Assembly (NCBI GenBank): GCA_964538765.1
Contig: CAZIHS010000003.1
Location: 631-64,630, forward strand
DNA from: an uncultured Gammaproteobacteria bacterium
GTDB lineage: Bacteria > Patescibacteriota > Microgenomatia > UBA12405
Direction: 5' to 3'
DNA length: 64,000 nt
Under the pieces are notes generated by a model. It ran no database searches. It was given only the letters and a program-made list of their open reading frames with translations, and had not been told where the DNA came from. A program made the translations under genes and the position numbers. Shown piece by piece: positions 36,877 through 50,019 of this stretch. Every line of letters begins with the position of its first letter. Positions within the stretch are counted from its first letter, which is position 1.

Positions 36877-37100
36877 TACTCATATTATCAATTCCATAAC
36901 TCTCCAGTAATTAGCCAGAGAGTAAGATACACTCCGACGCAGAATCTGATATTTTGTTTTAAGTTCAGATATAAATTAGTTCCAATTAAAAACCATGTAG
37001 TCTAACTAGGAGCACAGCGTAATAACCAATTCATCGTCTAAAAAACGACCAAAGCCCAAACCATCCCCCAAAAATACCCAAAATAGAGCTAAAATAGTCC

Positions 37101-37388
37101 ATGCCCTCACAACCAACCCTTCTTAAAGACCACTTAGACAAATTCAAGCAAACCTTAATCGGAAGAAAAAAATACGTCAAAAATGAATTTCAAGCCTATG
37201 CTCTTGATTTAGCCAAAGAACTCGACGACTGGAAACACAAAACTCTCTACCTCCGCCTGGCCAAAACCCAACCCCGCCATCTCCTCGATTCTGCCCGCTA
37301 TTTTGTCAAGGATCAAACCATCGGCTCAATCAAGTCAAAAGCCAGGCTTTTTATGTGGAAACTTAAAGAACTGAAAAAAAACAAATAA
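37101..37388 (+). CDS. hypothetical small helical protein (95 aa)
   Basis: ORF only. TAAAAT 5 nt before the ATG. Precedes the ABC exporter genes. Confidence 0.5.
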   Translation: MPSQPTLLKDHLDKFKQTLIGRKKYVKNEFQAYALDLAKELDDWKHKTLYLRLAKTQPRHLLDSARYFVKDQTIGSIKSKARLFMWKLKELKKNK

Positions 37389-37422
37389 TCCCAAATCAAG
37401 TGTATAATAGACCGTCTTTTGT

Positions 37423-38478
37423 ATGATCAAATCCTGGCTTACTCCCAAAAACCAACTGGCGGTTCTGCTCATTCTGGCCGCCGCTTTTTACTTCGGCATC
37501 GCTAAAATCAATGCCGATACTGGTCAAAACGGTGGTAAATTCAACCAAAAAACCCAAACGCTCATCACCCCGGTCAAAAAAGACATTTCCGACGAACTAA
37601 CCCTAACCGGCTTCATCGACGCCCAAAAAGCCGAAGCCAAATTCCAGTCAAGCGGCCTTTTAACCTACGTTGCAGTTAAAGAGGGAGATAGGGTTAAAAA
37701 AGGCCAGCTTTTAGCCAGCCTTGACCGCCGCGAACTCCAAAAAAACCTCCAGAAACAATTTAACGACTACAAATCTGGCCTGCTCACTTTCCTCGATGTT
37801 CAAGACAAATACAAAAGTGAAAAAGACCACTACCTTCTTACCGACGAAATCAAAAGAGTTATCGACCGTTCCCAGGGAACTCTCAATAATTCCGTTATCG
37901 ACTATGAACTTGCCGAAATCGCCCTGAAATATTCATATCTTCTTTCCCCTATAAACGGCATTGTTCTTCATCTGGACCAGCCTTTTGCCAACGTCTTTAT
38001 CACTCCGGCCACTGCCACCATTTCTCTGGTCAACCCCGATTCAATCTATTTTCGGTCAGAAATAGACCAGGAAGACATCTCAAAAATTAGAGTAGGATCA
38101 GCCGCCCAAATTACCTTTGACAGTTTTCCCGACACCGTTTTTGACAGTCAGGTCAGCTACATTTCTTTCTCCCCAATCAGCGGCCAATCCAGCACTGTCT
38201 ACGAAGTCAGGTTTCCGCTGGCCACCGATAACCAGAATCTTAACTACCGGCTTGGAATGGACGGCGACGCCAAAATTACTTTAAACAAGTCTTTCGGCGC
38301 CATCACCCTGCCCAGCAACGCCATATTTGAAGAAAACAACCAAAAATTTGTTCTGGTTAAACCCGCTTCTTCAAAAGAACTGACCAAAGTACCCGTTAGC
38401 ACCGGCATCGAAACCGACACCGACATTGAAATTACAAAAGGACTTACCGGAAATGAAAACGTCGTTGTTAAAAAATAA
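37423..38478 (+). CDS. HlyD/MacA-family membrane fusion (periplasmic adaptor) protein
   Basis: N-terminal TM, then biotinyl/lipoyl-like VKEGDRVKKGQLLASLD hairpin and a beta-barrel region. Confidence 0.75.
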   Translation: MIKSWLTPKNQLAVLLILAAAFYFGIAKINADTGQNGGKFNQKTQTLITPVKKDISDELTLTGFIDAQKAEAKFQSSGLLTYVAVKEGDRVKKGQLLASLDRRELQKNLQKQFNDYKSGLLTFLDVQDKYKSEKDHYLLTDEIKRVIDRSQGTLNNSVIDYELAEIALKYSYLLSPINGIVLHLDQPFANVFITPATATISLVNPDSIYFRSEIDQEDISKIRVGSAAQITFDSFPDTVFDSQVSYISFSPISGQSSTVYEVRFPLATDNQNLNYRLGMDGDAKITLNKSFGAITLPSNAIFEENNQKFVLVKPASSKELTKVPVSTGIETDTDIEITKGLTGNENVVVKK

Positions 38479-39163
38479 GAAACCCCTTCTCGAGCTTAGA
38501 AACGTATACAAAACCTACCTTTCGGGCAACACCAGTTTTAACGCCCTAAACGGCGTCTCCCTTACCATTTACCAGGGCGAATTTGTCTCAATCACCGGCC
38601 CGTCAGGATCAGGCAAATCAACTCTAATGCACATCATCGGGCTTCTAGACGTCCCCTCTAAGGGTCAGGTATTTATCGACAACCAAGACATTTCCCACCT
38701 TACCGAAGCCAAACTGGCCGGCCTTCGCAACATCACCCTTGGTTTCGTTTTCCAACAATTCAATCTTTTGCCCAAAACATCCTCTCTGGAAAACGTTACC
38801 CTGCCTCTGCTTTACTCCGATGTTTCAGGTAAATACCGCCAGCAAAAAGGGCTGGAAATGCTTGAAAAGGTTGGCCTGTTGGACAAACAAAAAAACACCC
38901 CCTCTCAACTTTCCGGCGGCCAGCAACAGCGGGTGGCCATCGCCCGGGCTTTGGTTAATAATCCAAAAATTATTCTCGCCGACGAGCCGACCGGCAACCT
39001 CGACAGCAAAACCGGAAAAGAAATAATGGAGCTGTTTCACCAGTTAAACCGGCAAGATGGCCGCACTATCGTTTTTGTTACCCACGACCTCGATCTGGCC
39101 GCCCAGGCCAACCGGACCTTTATAATAAGAGATGGAAAAATAGAGGAGAAAATAAATGTTTAA
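38453..39163 (+). CDS. ABC transporter ATP-binding protein (MacB/LolD-type)
   Basis: GPSGSGKST Walker [16 protein letters not shown] signature, Walker [12 protein letters not shown]. Confidence 0.9.
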   Translation: MKTSLLKNKKPLLELRNVYKTYLSGNTSFNALNGVSLTIYQGEFVSITGPSGSGKSTLMHIIGLLDVPSKGQVFIDNQDISHLTEAKLAGLRNITLGFVFQQFNLLPKTSSLENVTLPLLYSDVSGKYRQQKGLEMLEKVGLLDKQKNTPSQLSGGQQQRVAIARALVNNPKIILADEPTGNLDSKTGKEIMELFHQLNRQDGRTIVFVTHDLDLAAQANRTFIIRDGKIEEKINV

Positions 39164-40373
39164 ACCCTCAATTACCGACCTTTTTCATTCCAGTATCCGC
39201 TCAATATTTAAAAACAAAAGCCGGACCGTCCTCACCTCGCTTGGCATTGTTATCGGTGTCACCTCGGTCATTATGTTAACCTCCATCGGTAATGGTCTCA
39301 AAAACTACATCAACGACCAATTTGAAAGCCTCGGGTCAACTTTAATATTTGTGGTTCCGGGAAAAGTATTTAACGACAAAGGCGGCTTTAATCAAAACGA
39401 GTCTGCCCGTTTTATCACCACCTCCTTCGATCTAAAAGACGTCCAAAAACTCAAACGGGGCCTCAAAAGTGCCGCCATTATGCCGGTTAAACAAACACCC
39501 GTCGAAGCAAAATCAGCCTTTGGAAGCAAAAGCAATGTTAGCCTGGTAGCCACCACCGCCGACTACGGCCAAAACACCAACTCACTTCCCGATATCGGCC
39601 GTTGGTTTACAAAAGAAGAATACGATAAAAAAGCCAGCCTGGTTGTGGCCGGTTTTGAAATTGCCTCGGACCTATTCCCCAAAACCGATCCGCTTTATAA
39701 AAGCATCTATGTTAAAGGCAAAAAATTTAAAATAATCGGCATAATTCCAAAAAAAGGCAGCTCATTTGGCGGCCCCAATCTTGATCAGCATCTCTACGTT
39801 CCTCTTGAAACCAGCTTTTCCATGGCCAGCGACCAAAAAATACAACAAATTGTTATAAAGGCCACCAATGCCAACCAAATTGATGAAACCAAAGAACAAA
39901 CCAAAACGATTATGGAAAAACGCTATGACAGCGACGCGTTTAGTGTTTTCGACAGCCGCCAGCTTCTCAATTCAATTAATTCCATAATCGGCACCTTAAC
40001 CATTGCTCTCACCGGCATTGCCGCCATCTCTCTTATCGTAGGAGGTATTGGCATTATGAACATCATGTTGGTCACCGTCACCGAAAGAACCCGTGAAATC
40101 GGCCTTCGCAAAGCCATTGGCGCCTATCCAAGAGCCATTCTGCTTCAGTTTCTCTTTGAAGCGGTTATTCTCTCTCTGGTCGGTGGCGTTCTGGGCGTTG
40201 CTCTCGGCTCTCTTGGAACATACGCCATAAGCCGGGCTTTTCCCGCCCAAATCACTTTCGGTTCGGTTTTACTTGCCTTTGGCGTTTCCGGAGCTGTTGG
40301 CATCGTTTTTGGTGTTGCTCCTGCCCGAAAAGCCAGCCGGCTTTCACCCATTGAAGCTTTGCGCTACGAATAA
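39156..40373 (+). CDS. ABC transporter permease (FtsX/MacB family)
   Basis: N-terminal TM, large periplasmic domain, C-terminal 3-TM FtsX fold. Confidence 0.8.
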   Translation: MFKPSITDLFHSSIRSIFKNKSRTVLTSLGIVIGVTSVIMLTSIGNGLKNYINDQFESLGSTLIFVVPGKVFNDKGGFNQNESARFITTSFDLKDVQKLKRGLKSAAIMPVKQTPVEAKSAFGSKSNVSLVATTADYGQNTNSLPDIGRWFTKEEYDKKASLVVAGFEIASDLFPKTDPLYKSIYVKGKKFKIIGIIPKKGSSFGGPNLDQHLYVPLETSFSMASDQKIQQIVIKATNANQIDETKEQTKTIMEKRYDSDAFSVFDSRQLLNSINSIIGTLTIALTGIAAISLIVGGIGIMNIMLVTVTERTREIGLRKAIGAYPRAILLQFLFEAVILSLVGGVLGVALGSLGTYAISRAFPAQITFGSVLLAFGVSGAVGIVFGVAPARKASRLSPIEALRYE

Positions 40374-40390
40374 TCTGCTAAGATATTCCA

Positions 40391-40954
40391 GTGAGACCTT
40401 TGTTAAAGCAATTTGCTTTTCCTCTCCTGGTTTTTTACCTGATCGCCTCTATCATCTGGGTAATAAACCGGGTCGAATTCTCCAGTTTCATCTTCCTCTT
40501 TTTTGGTCTCACCCTTGGATTTTTAGCTCTTGATGTCGACCACCTTATCGACTGGTTCTATCTTCATCCAAAAGACGAAACCAGCCAAATGGCTCAAACT
40601 TTTGTCTCCCACCAACAGTTTCGCTCTCTTTTTCAACTCTACCTCCACACCTATTCCCGCCCCCAAAACCTTATCTTCCACCACTATTTTTTTCAAATTG
40701 TTCTAAATCTTATCTCCCTGTTTGTCTTCACCTCAAGCCAAAGCCTATTTACCATGGGCTTTCTCACTGGTCTCAACTATCACCTAATCGCCCATCAAAT
40801 ATATGACTACCAAAACCATCCCGTCCGCCTCCAAAACTGGCTATTTGCCCGGGAAAACAAACAACTGTCCGCAGAATACCTCAAACATTACATCACCGTT
40901 TTTGTTATTATTTTCTTCCTTTTTCTGCTGCTTCTAATCCGCTCCCAAATATGA
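40391..40954 (+). CDS. hypothetical polytopic membrane protein
   Basis: Multiple hydrophobic segments. 4-nt overlap with the next gene. Confidence 0.5.
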   Translation: MRPLLKQFAFPLLVFYLIASIIWVINRVEFSSFIFLFFGLTLGFLALDVDHLIDWFYLHPKDETSQMAQTFVSHQQFRSLFQLYLHTYSRPQNLIFHHYFFQIVLNLISLFVFTSSQSLFTMGFLTGLNYHLIAHQIYDYQNHPVRLQNWLFARENKQLSAEYLKHYITVFVIIFFLFLLLLIRSQI

Positions 40955-41463
40955 CCCAACTAACCTTTCAAACCGTTACCAACGCCAAAAAATTTCTCAA
41001 CTCCTCCCAAAAATCCTTGATAAACGACATCGAAACCGTTCTTTCCCGAATAAAAAATTTTGACCACATCAGCGATTACTCTTTTCTGGTTGCCCCGGCC
41101 GCTAAAGCCTACGAAGGCTACCTGAAGGATTTTTTTTTGAAAGCCGGAATCATTAACCAGGAAGCCTACCATTCCGACCGCTTCCGTGTCGGTAAAACCT
41201 TAAACCCCTCTCTCCGCTACAAACGTTTCTCCATCTTTCAAAAACTAATCGATCTTGACCCGAAAGGGGAGGAGTTGGCCGAAACCCTTTGGGACGCCTG
41301 GAAACACGGCCGCAATGAAATATTTCACTTTTTTCCAAACAACCTGAAAACCATCAACCGGGAAGAAGCCGAAAATTTAATCGGGCTTATCCTTTCTGCA
41401 ATCAGCAAGTCTGGCGAATTTCTCAAAAAAAACAATCCGCCCGCCTTAACCCAAGAACCCTAG
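40951..41463 (+). CDS. hypothetical protein with HEPN-like Rx4H motif
   Basis: ..WKHGRNEIFHF.. (R-x4-H) in the C-terminal helical region. Otherwise no recognisable family. Confidence 0.4.
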   Translation: MTQLTFQTVTNAKKFLNSSQKSLINDIETVLSRIKNFDHISDYSFLVAPAAKAYEGYLKDFFLKAGIINQEAYHSDRFRVGKTLNPSLRYKRFSIFQKLIDLDPKGEELAETLWDAWKHGRNEIFHFFPNNLKTINREEAENLIGLILSAISKSGEFLKKNNPPALTQEP

Positions 41464-41511
41464 CTTTTATCCAGTTTGTTTTCGCAAAAACATTCTAATA
41501 TAATTACTCTC

Positions 41512-41715
41512 ATGCCAAAACCAAAAAAAGTTGTAGTTGACCCGCAAAAATGTATCGGCTGCAACACCTGCCCCCTCATCGACCCTGCTACTTTTTATCT
41601 CGACCAGGTTGACTATAAAGCAAAAGTCAAAAAACAACCCGACAAAATTACCGCCGACATTAACCTGGCCATATCTTCCTGTCCTGTCGGGGCTATCTCT
41701 TTAGAAGACGATTAA
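41512..41715 (+). CDS. small 4Fe-4S ferredoxin
   Basis: CIGCNTCP ... SSCPVG cluster ligands. TATAAT at 41499-41504, 7 nt before the ATG. Confidence 0.7.
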   Translation: MPKPKKVVVDPQKCIGCNTCPLIDPATFYLDQVDYKAKVKKQPDKITADINLAISSCPVGAISLEDD

Positions 41716-41716
41716 A

Positions 41717-42273
41717 ATGCCTTTTGTCGCCCCACTTGTTATTTTTCTTCAAACCCTTTTTGGCCAAATTCCCCAATATTACCTCACCTACCAAACTTCC
41801 AGTCTTTGTCCCCAAAACCAGAACCTTGAATATCAGCTTAAAGAATCCCTGCCTCAAATCAGCAAGCTCAAATTTGAACCCCACTATCTAATTCTCAATT
41901 CCCAAAACCAACCAAACGCCCTTCAGATCGGCGACTCGTTTTATACCGCTATCAATGGCCGCGGCGAACTAAACCAAAATATCAGAGAACTGTGTGCCTG
42001 GAAAATTCAGCCAAACATCAACCGTTTTCTTTCTTTCGTCAATTATATCAACCAAAACTGTATCACAAAAAACATCGACACCTGCTGGCAAAACCAGGCG
42101 AAACTTGCAGGCTATAATCCCCAGGAAATTACCGACTGCTTCAATTGGGATACCCCTTCAATTATTAAAACTGAAATCGAATATTTTAACCGTTCAGCCA
42201 CCGTCAAAATACCCAAAGTTATCACCAACAATCAAAAACTTAATCAAATACTTTCAGTAGAAACCATCGATTT

Positions 42274-42298
<25 letters not shown>
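41717..42298 (+). CDS. hypothetical secreted/periplasmic protein (6 Cys)
   Basis: N-terminal hydrophobic segment, no recognisable motif. Confidence 0.45.
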
Positions 42299-44869
<2,571 letters not shown>

Positions 44870-44881
44870 GTTGAAACATTT

Positions 44882-47497
44882 ATGACCGATAAAAAAAATA
44901 CCCTAGTTAAAGACGATGCCGACATCGTCAACAGCATTGGCAAAATCATATCGGTAGACATTGTTCCGGAAATGGAAAAGTCGTACCTCGACTATGCCAT
45001 GTCAGTCATCGTCTCCCGGGCACTACCCGACGTCCGTGACGGCCTTAAACCTGTCCACCGGCGCATTATCTACGCCATGAATAAAATGGGCCTGGCCCCG
45101 ACCGGTAAAAATGTCAAATCAGCCGCCGTTGTTGGTGACGTTCTTAAATCCTACCACCCCCACGGCGACGCCGCTGTCTACATGTCACTTGTCAGAATGG
45201 CCCAAGATTTTTCACTTCGTTATCCTCTGGTAAAAGGTCAGGGTAATTTTGGCTCAATCGACGGCGACCCGCCTGCCGCCATGAGGTATACCGAAGTCAA
45301 AATGTCAAAATTTACCCCCGAAATGGTCGCTGACATTGACAAAGACACCGTTCCCATGGTCGACAACTACGACGCCACCCTTAAAGAGCCTGATGTGCTC
45401 CCGTCAAGACTGCCAAACCTTCTCCTCAACGGTGCCGACGGAATTGCTGTCGGCATGGCCACCAAAATTCCTCCCCACAATCTAAAAGAAATTTGCCAAG
45501 GTATCGGCTATATTCTCGAACATTGCAAACTGGAAAGGGAACCTCTCTCTTCGGCACCAACTCAAGCCACCGTCAACCCTTCTACCCGCGATCAAATACT
45601 GGAACCGATCTACCAGCTGGAACAGCTAAAATTTAATTTGGAAACCGCCGCCTCTGTTGAGGAATTAATTAAATTTATTCCCGGTCCCGACTTTCCCACC
45701 GCCGGTGAAATATACGGCCGGCAGGGGATAGTCGATATGTATCAAACCGGCCGGGGGAAATTTATACTCCGCGGTAAAACCAACATTGAAGAAACTAAGT
45801 CTGGCAAAATCCGCATTATTATCACCCAACTTCCTTACCAGGTAAACAAAGCCGAATTTGTCCAAAAAATTGCCCAGCTTCACCGTGACAAAAAAATCAT
45901 CGGTATCTCCGACCTTCGGGACGAATCCGACCGGCACGGCATCCGGGTGGTAGTTGAAATTAAAAAACTCGGCAAACCCAAGTCCATCCTCAACCGGCTC
46001 TTTAAATACACCCCCTTACAATCCTCCTACTCCGCCAACCTTCTCGCCCTGGTCAATGGCATCCCCCAAACACTCAACCTTAGACAACTTCTCCTGCTTT
46101 TCATCCGCCACCGGGAAAGTATAATCCGCAAACGGTCACTTTTTGACCTAAAAAACGCCTTTATTCGTGCCCACATTCTCCAAGGTCTAAAAATCGCCCT
46201 CGACGCCATTGACGAAATCATTAAAACCATTAGAGCTTCAAAAAATTCAGACGACGCCAAAGCTAATTTGATCGCCAGATTCAAATTCACCGATCTTCAG
46301 GCCAGCGCTATTCTTGAAATGCAGCTTCGCCGGCTGGCGGCTCTGGAAAGGCAAAAACTGGAAGAGGAATATGCGCAAGTCAACAAAATCATTGATGAGC
46401 TAACCGGAATTGTAAAAGAACCGCAAAAAATGATTACCACCCTCAAGTCTGAAAATGAAGAAATTGAGAAAAATTTCTCCGATACCCGTCTCACCAAAAT
46501 CTTTGTCCGCGGACTTGAAGAACTAAGCGACGAAGACCTTATTCCAAACGAACCAACCCTGGTCATCATCACCAAAACTGGATACGTCAAAAGACTGTCA
46601 AAAGAAAGCTACCACAGCCAAAATCGGGGTGGCGTCGGAGTTAGTGGCATGACCACCAAAAGTGAAGACGAAGTTGACCGGGTAATGTCGGTCAATACCC
46701 ACGACGAGCTTCTTTTCTTTACCAACCGCGGCCGGGTTTTCAAAACCCGGGTATGGGATATCAACGAAAGCAGCCGGCAATCAAAGGGCCAGGCCGTAAT
46801 CAACCTGATAAATATTGTTCAGGGAGAAACGGTGGAGGCAGTTGTTGCCCTGTCAAAAAACAACCCCGCCAAATACATTCTTCTGGCAACCAAAAATGGA
46901 ATCGTCAAAAAGACCAGCATTGAACGTTTTAAAAACATTCGCCAAAATGGCTTAGCTGCCATCAAGCTCGACCAAAATGACCAGCTTGCCTGGGCTTTAA
47001 CCACCAACGGCTCCGACCAGATATTTCTTGTCACCTCCCAGGGAAAATCAATCTGCTTCTCTGAAAATGACTGCCGGCCGATGGGTCGGCAAACCCGGGG
47101 AGTCCGCGGCATCAGCCTCAAACCAAATGATTTTCTGGTTGGTGCCGACATTCTTCCGCCAAAGTCTGACAACAAAGCCGACTTCCGCCACCTGTTTGTC
47201 ATCACCCAAAACGGAGTCGGAAAACGCACTGACGCCTACTTATACCCAACTCAAAAACGCGGCGGAGTTGGAGTTAAAGTCTCCAATATTTCAAGTAAAA
47301 CCGGTCAAATAACCACCGCCCACGTTATCACCCCGGCCGACAACCAAATGGTCATAATTTCCAAAAAAGCTTTAACCATCAAAATATTCACCAAAGATAT
47401 TCCCATCCTCAACCGTAACACCCGCGGGGTAATTTTAATGCGCTTCAAAACTGCCGATGATAAGGTCAGTGCTATCACCGTACTTCAAAATCAGTAA
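44882..47497 (+). CDS. gyrA: DNA gyrase subunit A
   Basis: [17 protein letters not shown] with the active-site Tyr region, C-terminal beta-pinwheel repeats. Confidence 0.95.
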   Translation: MTDKKNTLVKDDADIVNSIGKIISVDIVPEMEKSYLDYAMSVIVSRALPDVRDGLKPVHRRIIYAMNKMGLAPTGKNVKSAAVVGDVLKSYHPHGDAAVYMSLVRMAQDFSLRYPLVKGQGNFGSIDGDPPAAMRYTEVKMSKFTPEMVADIDKDTVPMVDNYDATLKEPDVLPSRLPNLLLNGADGIAVGMATKIPPHNLKEICQGIGYILEHCKLEREPLSSAPTQATVNPSTRDQILEPIYQLEQLKFNLETAASVEELIKFIPGPDFPTAGEIYGRQGIVDMYQTGRGKFILRGKTNIEETKSGKIRIIITQLPYQVNKAEFVQKIAQLHRDKKIIGISDLRDESDRHGIRVVVEIKKLGKPKSILNRLFKYTPLQSSYSANLLALVNGIPQTLNLRQLLLLFIRHRESIIRKRSLFDLKNAFIRAHILQGLKIALDAIDEIIKTIRASKNSDDAKANLIARFKFTDLQASAILEMQLRRLAALERQKLEEEYAQVNKIIDELTGIVKEPQKMITTLKSENEEIEKNFSDTRLTKIFVRGLEELSDEDLIPNEPTLVIITKTGYVKRLSKESYHSQNRGGVGVSGMTTKSEDEVDRVMSVNTHDELLFFTNRGRVFKTRVWDINESSRQSKGQAVINLINIVQGETVEAVVALSKNNPAKYILLATKNGIVKKTSIERFKNIRQNGLAAIKLDQNDQLAWALTTNGSDQIFLVTSQGKSICFSENDCRPMGRQTRGVRGISLKPNDFLVGADILPPKSDNKADFRHLFVITQNGVGKRTDAYLYPTQKRGGVGVKVSNISSKTGQITTAHVITPADNQMVIISKKALTIKIFTKDIPILNRNTRGVILMRFKTADDKVSAITVLQNQ

Positions 47498-47696
47498 ATT
47501 ATAGGATCATAACCACTTATAATATAGGCCACTGGCTCTTTCCAAAGCGTTTTTGGCAGCCCAATCTCGTGTTTGCCAACCAGGGTAAAATTTATGATTT
47601 AGCGCCAAAACAGGCAATAACACAACAGAGTAGGGGAGTCACCCACTAGTCCAAACCACATCAGCACCAATTCCCCCAAACACCCCTCACTATAGG

Positions 47697-48632
47697 TTAG
47701 CGGTTACCAGAGTGAAATTTATCGTGCACCTCACGTAACCTGGCATCAGTCACGTGAGTATAGATCTGGGTAGTAGCTATATTTTTGTGGCCCAATATTT
47801 CCTGAACCGACCTTAAATCGGCTCCGGCCCGAAGCAAATCTGTTGCCATAGAGTGTCTAAGCGTGTGGGGAGTCGCCTCAACCGGCAATCTCGCCTGTCT
47901 CACATACCTCTTTACCAGCAATTGCACTGATCTGGGGGTCAGCCTCGATTTTTCATCGCTTTCTATCACTATTTTTCCCTTTAGATAGTGTATAAACAAT
48001 GGGCGGTAATGATCGGTTCGGTTTTTTAGATACCGCCCCAGGCTATCCGCCGCCCTCTTTGAAATAAACACCACCCTGCCTCGGCCACCCTTACCAACCA
48101 CCCCCATTTCTCTCAGTTCCAGATTAACCTGGTCGCGGTTCAACCCGGTCAGTTCAGACACCCTTAATCCGGTTGAAAACAAAAGCTCCATAATCGCCCT
48201 ATCCCGCAAGCCTTTTTTGGTCGACAATATCGGCTGGTTTAATAACCGTTCTACCTGCTCAGCCGACAAAAACTTCAGGCTATGATCCTTTGCTTTTGGG
48301 ACTTCCAGTTTCTCAGGCTCCAACACTTTGTGGTCGTTTTTAATAAGCCATTTCAAAAACGATCTTAAAACGATAACGTAGTAACCTTGTGTCACCACTT
48401 TCAAATCACCCTTTAAACCTTTTTGTCTTGCTAAATATAACCTAAACAACCTGACATTATCCAAATTTATGTCATCAAGCAATGGCTCCTTGTTAACAAG
48501 CCCAGTCAAATAACCAACCATCTTTTCAAGGTAATGCCGGTATTTCACTATCGTCAACTTCGAAGCATTTCTTTCAAGTTGAAGATACTCCAGATATCGG
48601 GCCACCCAAAACACCACCTTTTTTTCTTTCAC
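47697..48632 (-). CDS. tyrosine site-specific recombinase (XerC/XerD-like)
   Basis: C-terminal R..HTLRHSMAT..GADLRSVQEILGHKNIATTQIYTHV catalytic box. GTG start preceded by TAGAAT 5 nt upstream. Confidence 0.85.
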   Translation of the reverse strand: MKEKKVVFWVARYLEYLQLERNASKLTIVKYRHYLEKMVGYLTGLVNKEPLLDDINLDNVRLFRLYLARQKGLKGDLKVVTQGYYVIVLRSFLKWLIKNDHKVLEPEKLEVPKAKDHSLKFLSAEQVERLLNQPILSTKKGLRDRAIMELLFSTGLRVSELTGLNRDQVNLELREMGVVGKGGRGRVVFISKRAADSLGRYLKNRTDHYRPLFIHYLKGKIVIESDEKSRLTPRSVQLLVKRYVRQARLPVEATPHTLRHSMATDLLRAGADLRSVQEILGHKNIATTQIYTHVTDARLREVHDKFHSGNR

Positions 48633-49233
48633 AATCTATTCTAACAGCCCCGACAGCCCAAAACGCGTTTCTGGGCCGTTTAGTAAAGCCAAAACACATT
48701 ATGCCTGTCTTTCCGCCTTATATATCAATCCCCTCTATAAAATACAAACAGGGGATGGCGCCAAGCTAAAATCCGCTCAATTTAAAGCCGGGGAAAGAAA
48801 GGTAAACCAGAAGATTAAATTAACAAACAAACTTCAGTTTCTAAATTAAAACAAAAATTAAATATCAAAAAAACTTAACAAAATTTACCACTCCCCCTGC
48901 CCGCCAAAATGGTATAGGTCGTGAAAGATACATTCTACGAACTAATAAATTTACACCCAAACCCCAGGGGGAAGGAGTACAACAATTACTCTCTTAATAA
49001 GCCAAGATAAAAACAGTAATACAAATATAATTCCTCAAAAAATAGCCTCTCCTCCTCTAAACACCCACCGCTTCCGTCCAAACACATTTATCCACAAGAC
49101 TATATCACAATGTATCCCATAACAATCTATATCACTGTGAAAATTATAGGACAATGTGTGAAAATTACATATATTATAGGCCTATAGTATATAGGTTACT
49201 TCCCTTCCCTATTCCATCACCTGCCGTCAAAAT

Positions 49234-50019
49234 TTATTTACCCCAGCCGGTCATTATTAATATTCCCAAAATCACCGCCGCCGACACCCACAAATAAATA
49301 ATCCATGTCCTCCTAAACAACCGGCCTCTCAAGTCCGCCCCTAAAAGTTCAAGAAGAATATACATACCCGATACTAAGTAGATCGAACCCTTGAACACAC
49401 CTACCGGCCAAAACGAAAACACCAGTCCCAGCTGCGACATCAACCAGGCCGGAATCAAAACATAATTTAATCCATTTTCTCCCCTGCCACCGGTTAATTC
49501 AATTTCTACAGTCCAATAGTGATACCAAAAAATAAACACTGAAATAATAAAAACGAGTACCCAATTAACATAAAATTGCAAATTAAACGAAAGCATACTG
49601 TCAAAGAGGAAAAAACAACTCAACAAAAGAACTATCAAGCTGGTTGTATATGCCGCCCGGTACAAAGGCACAGTTTTATACCCAATAGCCACCATAAACA
49701 CATTTTCCAGAAGGAAGATAAGATAGTTTATTGCCACATAAAACAGCACCGCCATTACCGTTAGTATCCATCCTACCGGCAATATCGACACAAATAGTCC
49801 ATAACCTAAAAAAAATCCCAAAGGCAAAACCACCGTCACCATTCTTAAGTTGAAATTTGTCTCAAAAATTATTCCCAGCCCAAACCAATAACACACAATA
49901 ACCAAAACCAAACCAACCAAAATGCCGTAATATCTCGACTCATAGGGTAAAGCCATAGTTGACCACATCCCCACCCCGCAAATTATTGAACAAACAAAGT
50001 ACTTAAGCCTTTTTGGCAT
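49234..50019 (-). CDS. hypothetical polytopic membrane protein
   Basis: About 8 hydrophobic segments. Start uncertain (50019 or 49968) because the listed ORF overlaps yebC. Confidence 0.5.
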   Translation of the reverse strand: MPKRLKYFVCSIICGVGMWSTMALPYESRYYGILVGLVLVIVCYWFGLGIIFETNFNLRMVTVVLPLGFFLGYGLFVSILPVGWILTVMAVLFYVAINYLIFLLENVFMVAIGYKTVPLYRAAYTTSLIVLLLSCFFLFDSMLSFNLQFYVNWVLVFIISVFIFWYHYWTVEIELTGGRGENGLNYVLIPAWLMSQLGLVFSFWPVGVFKGSIYLVSGMYILLELLGADLRGRLFRRTWIIYLWVSAAVILGILIMTGWGK

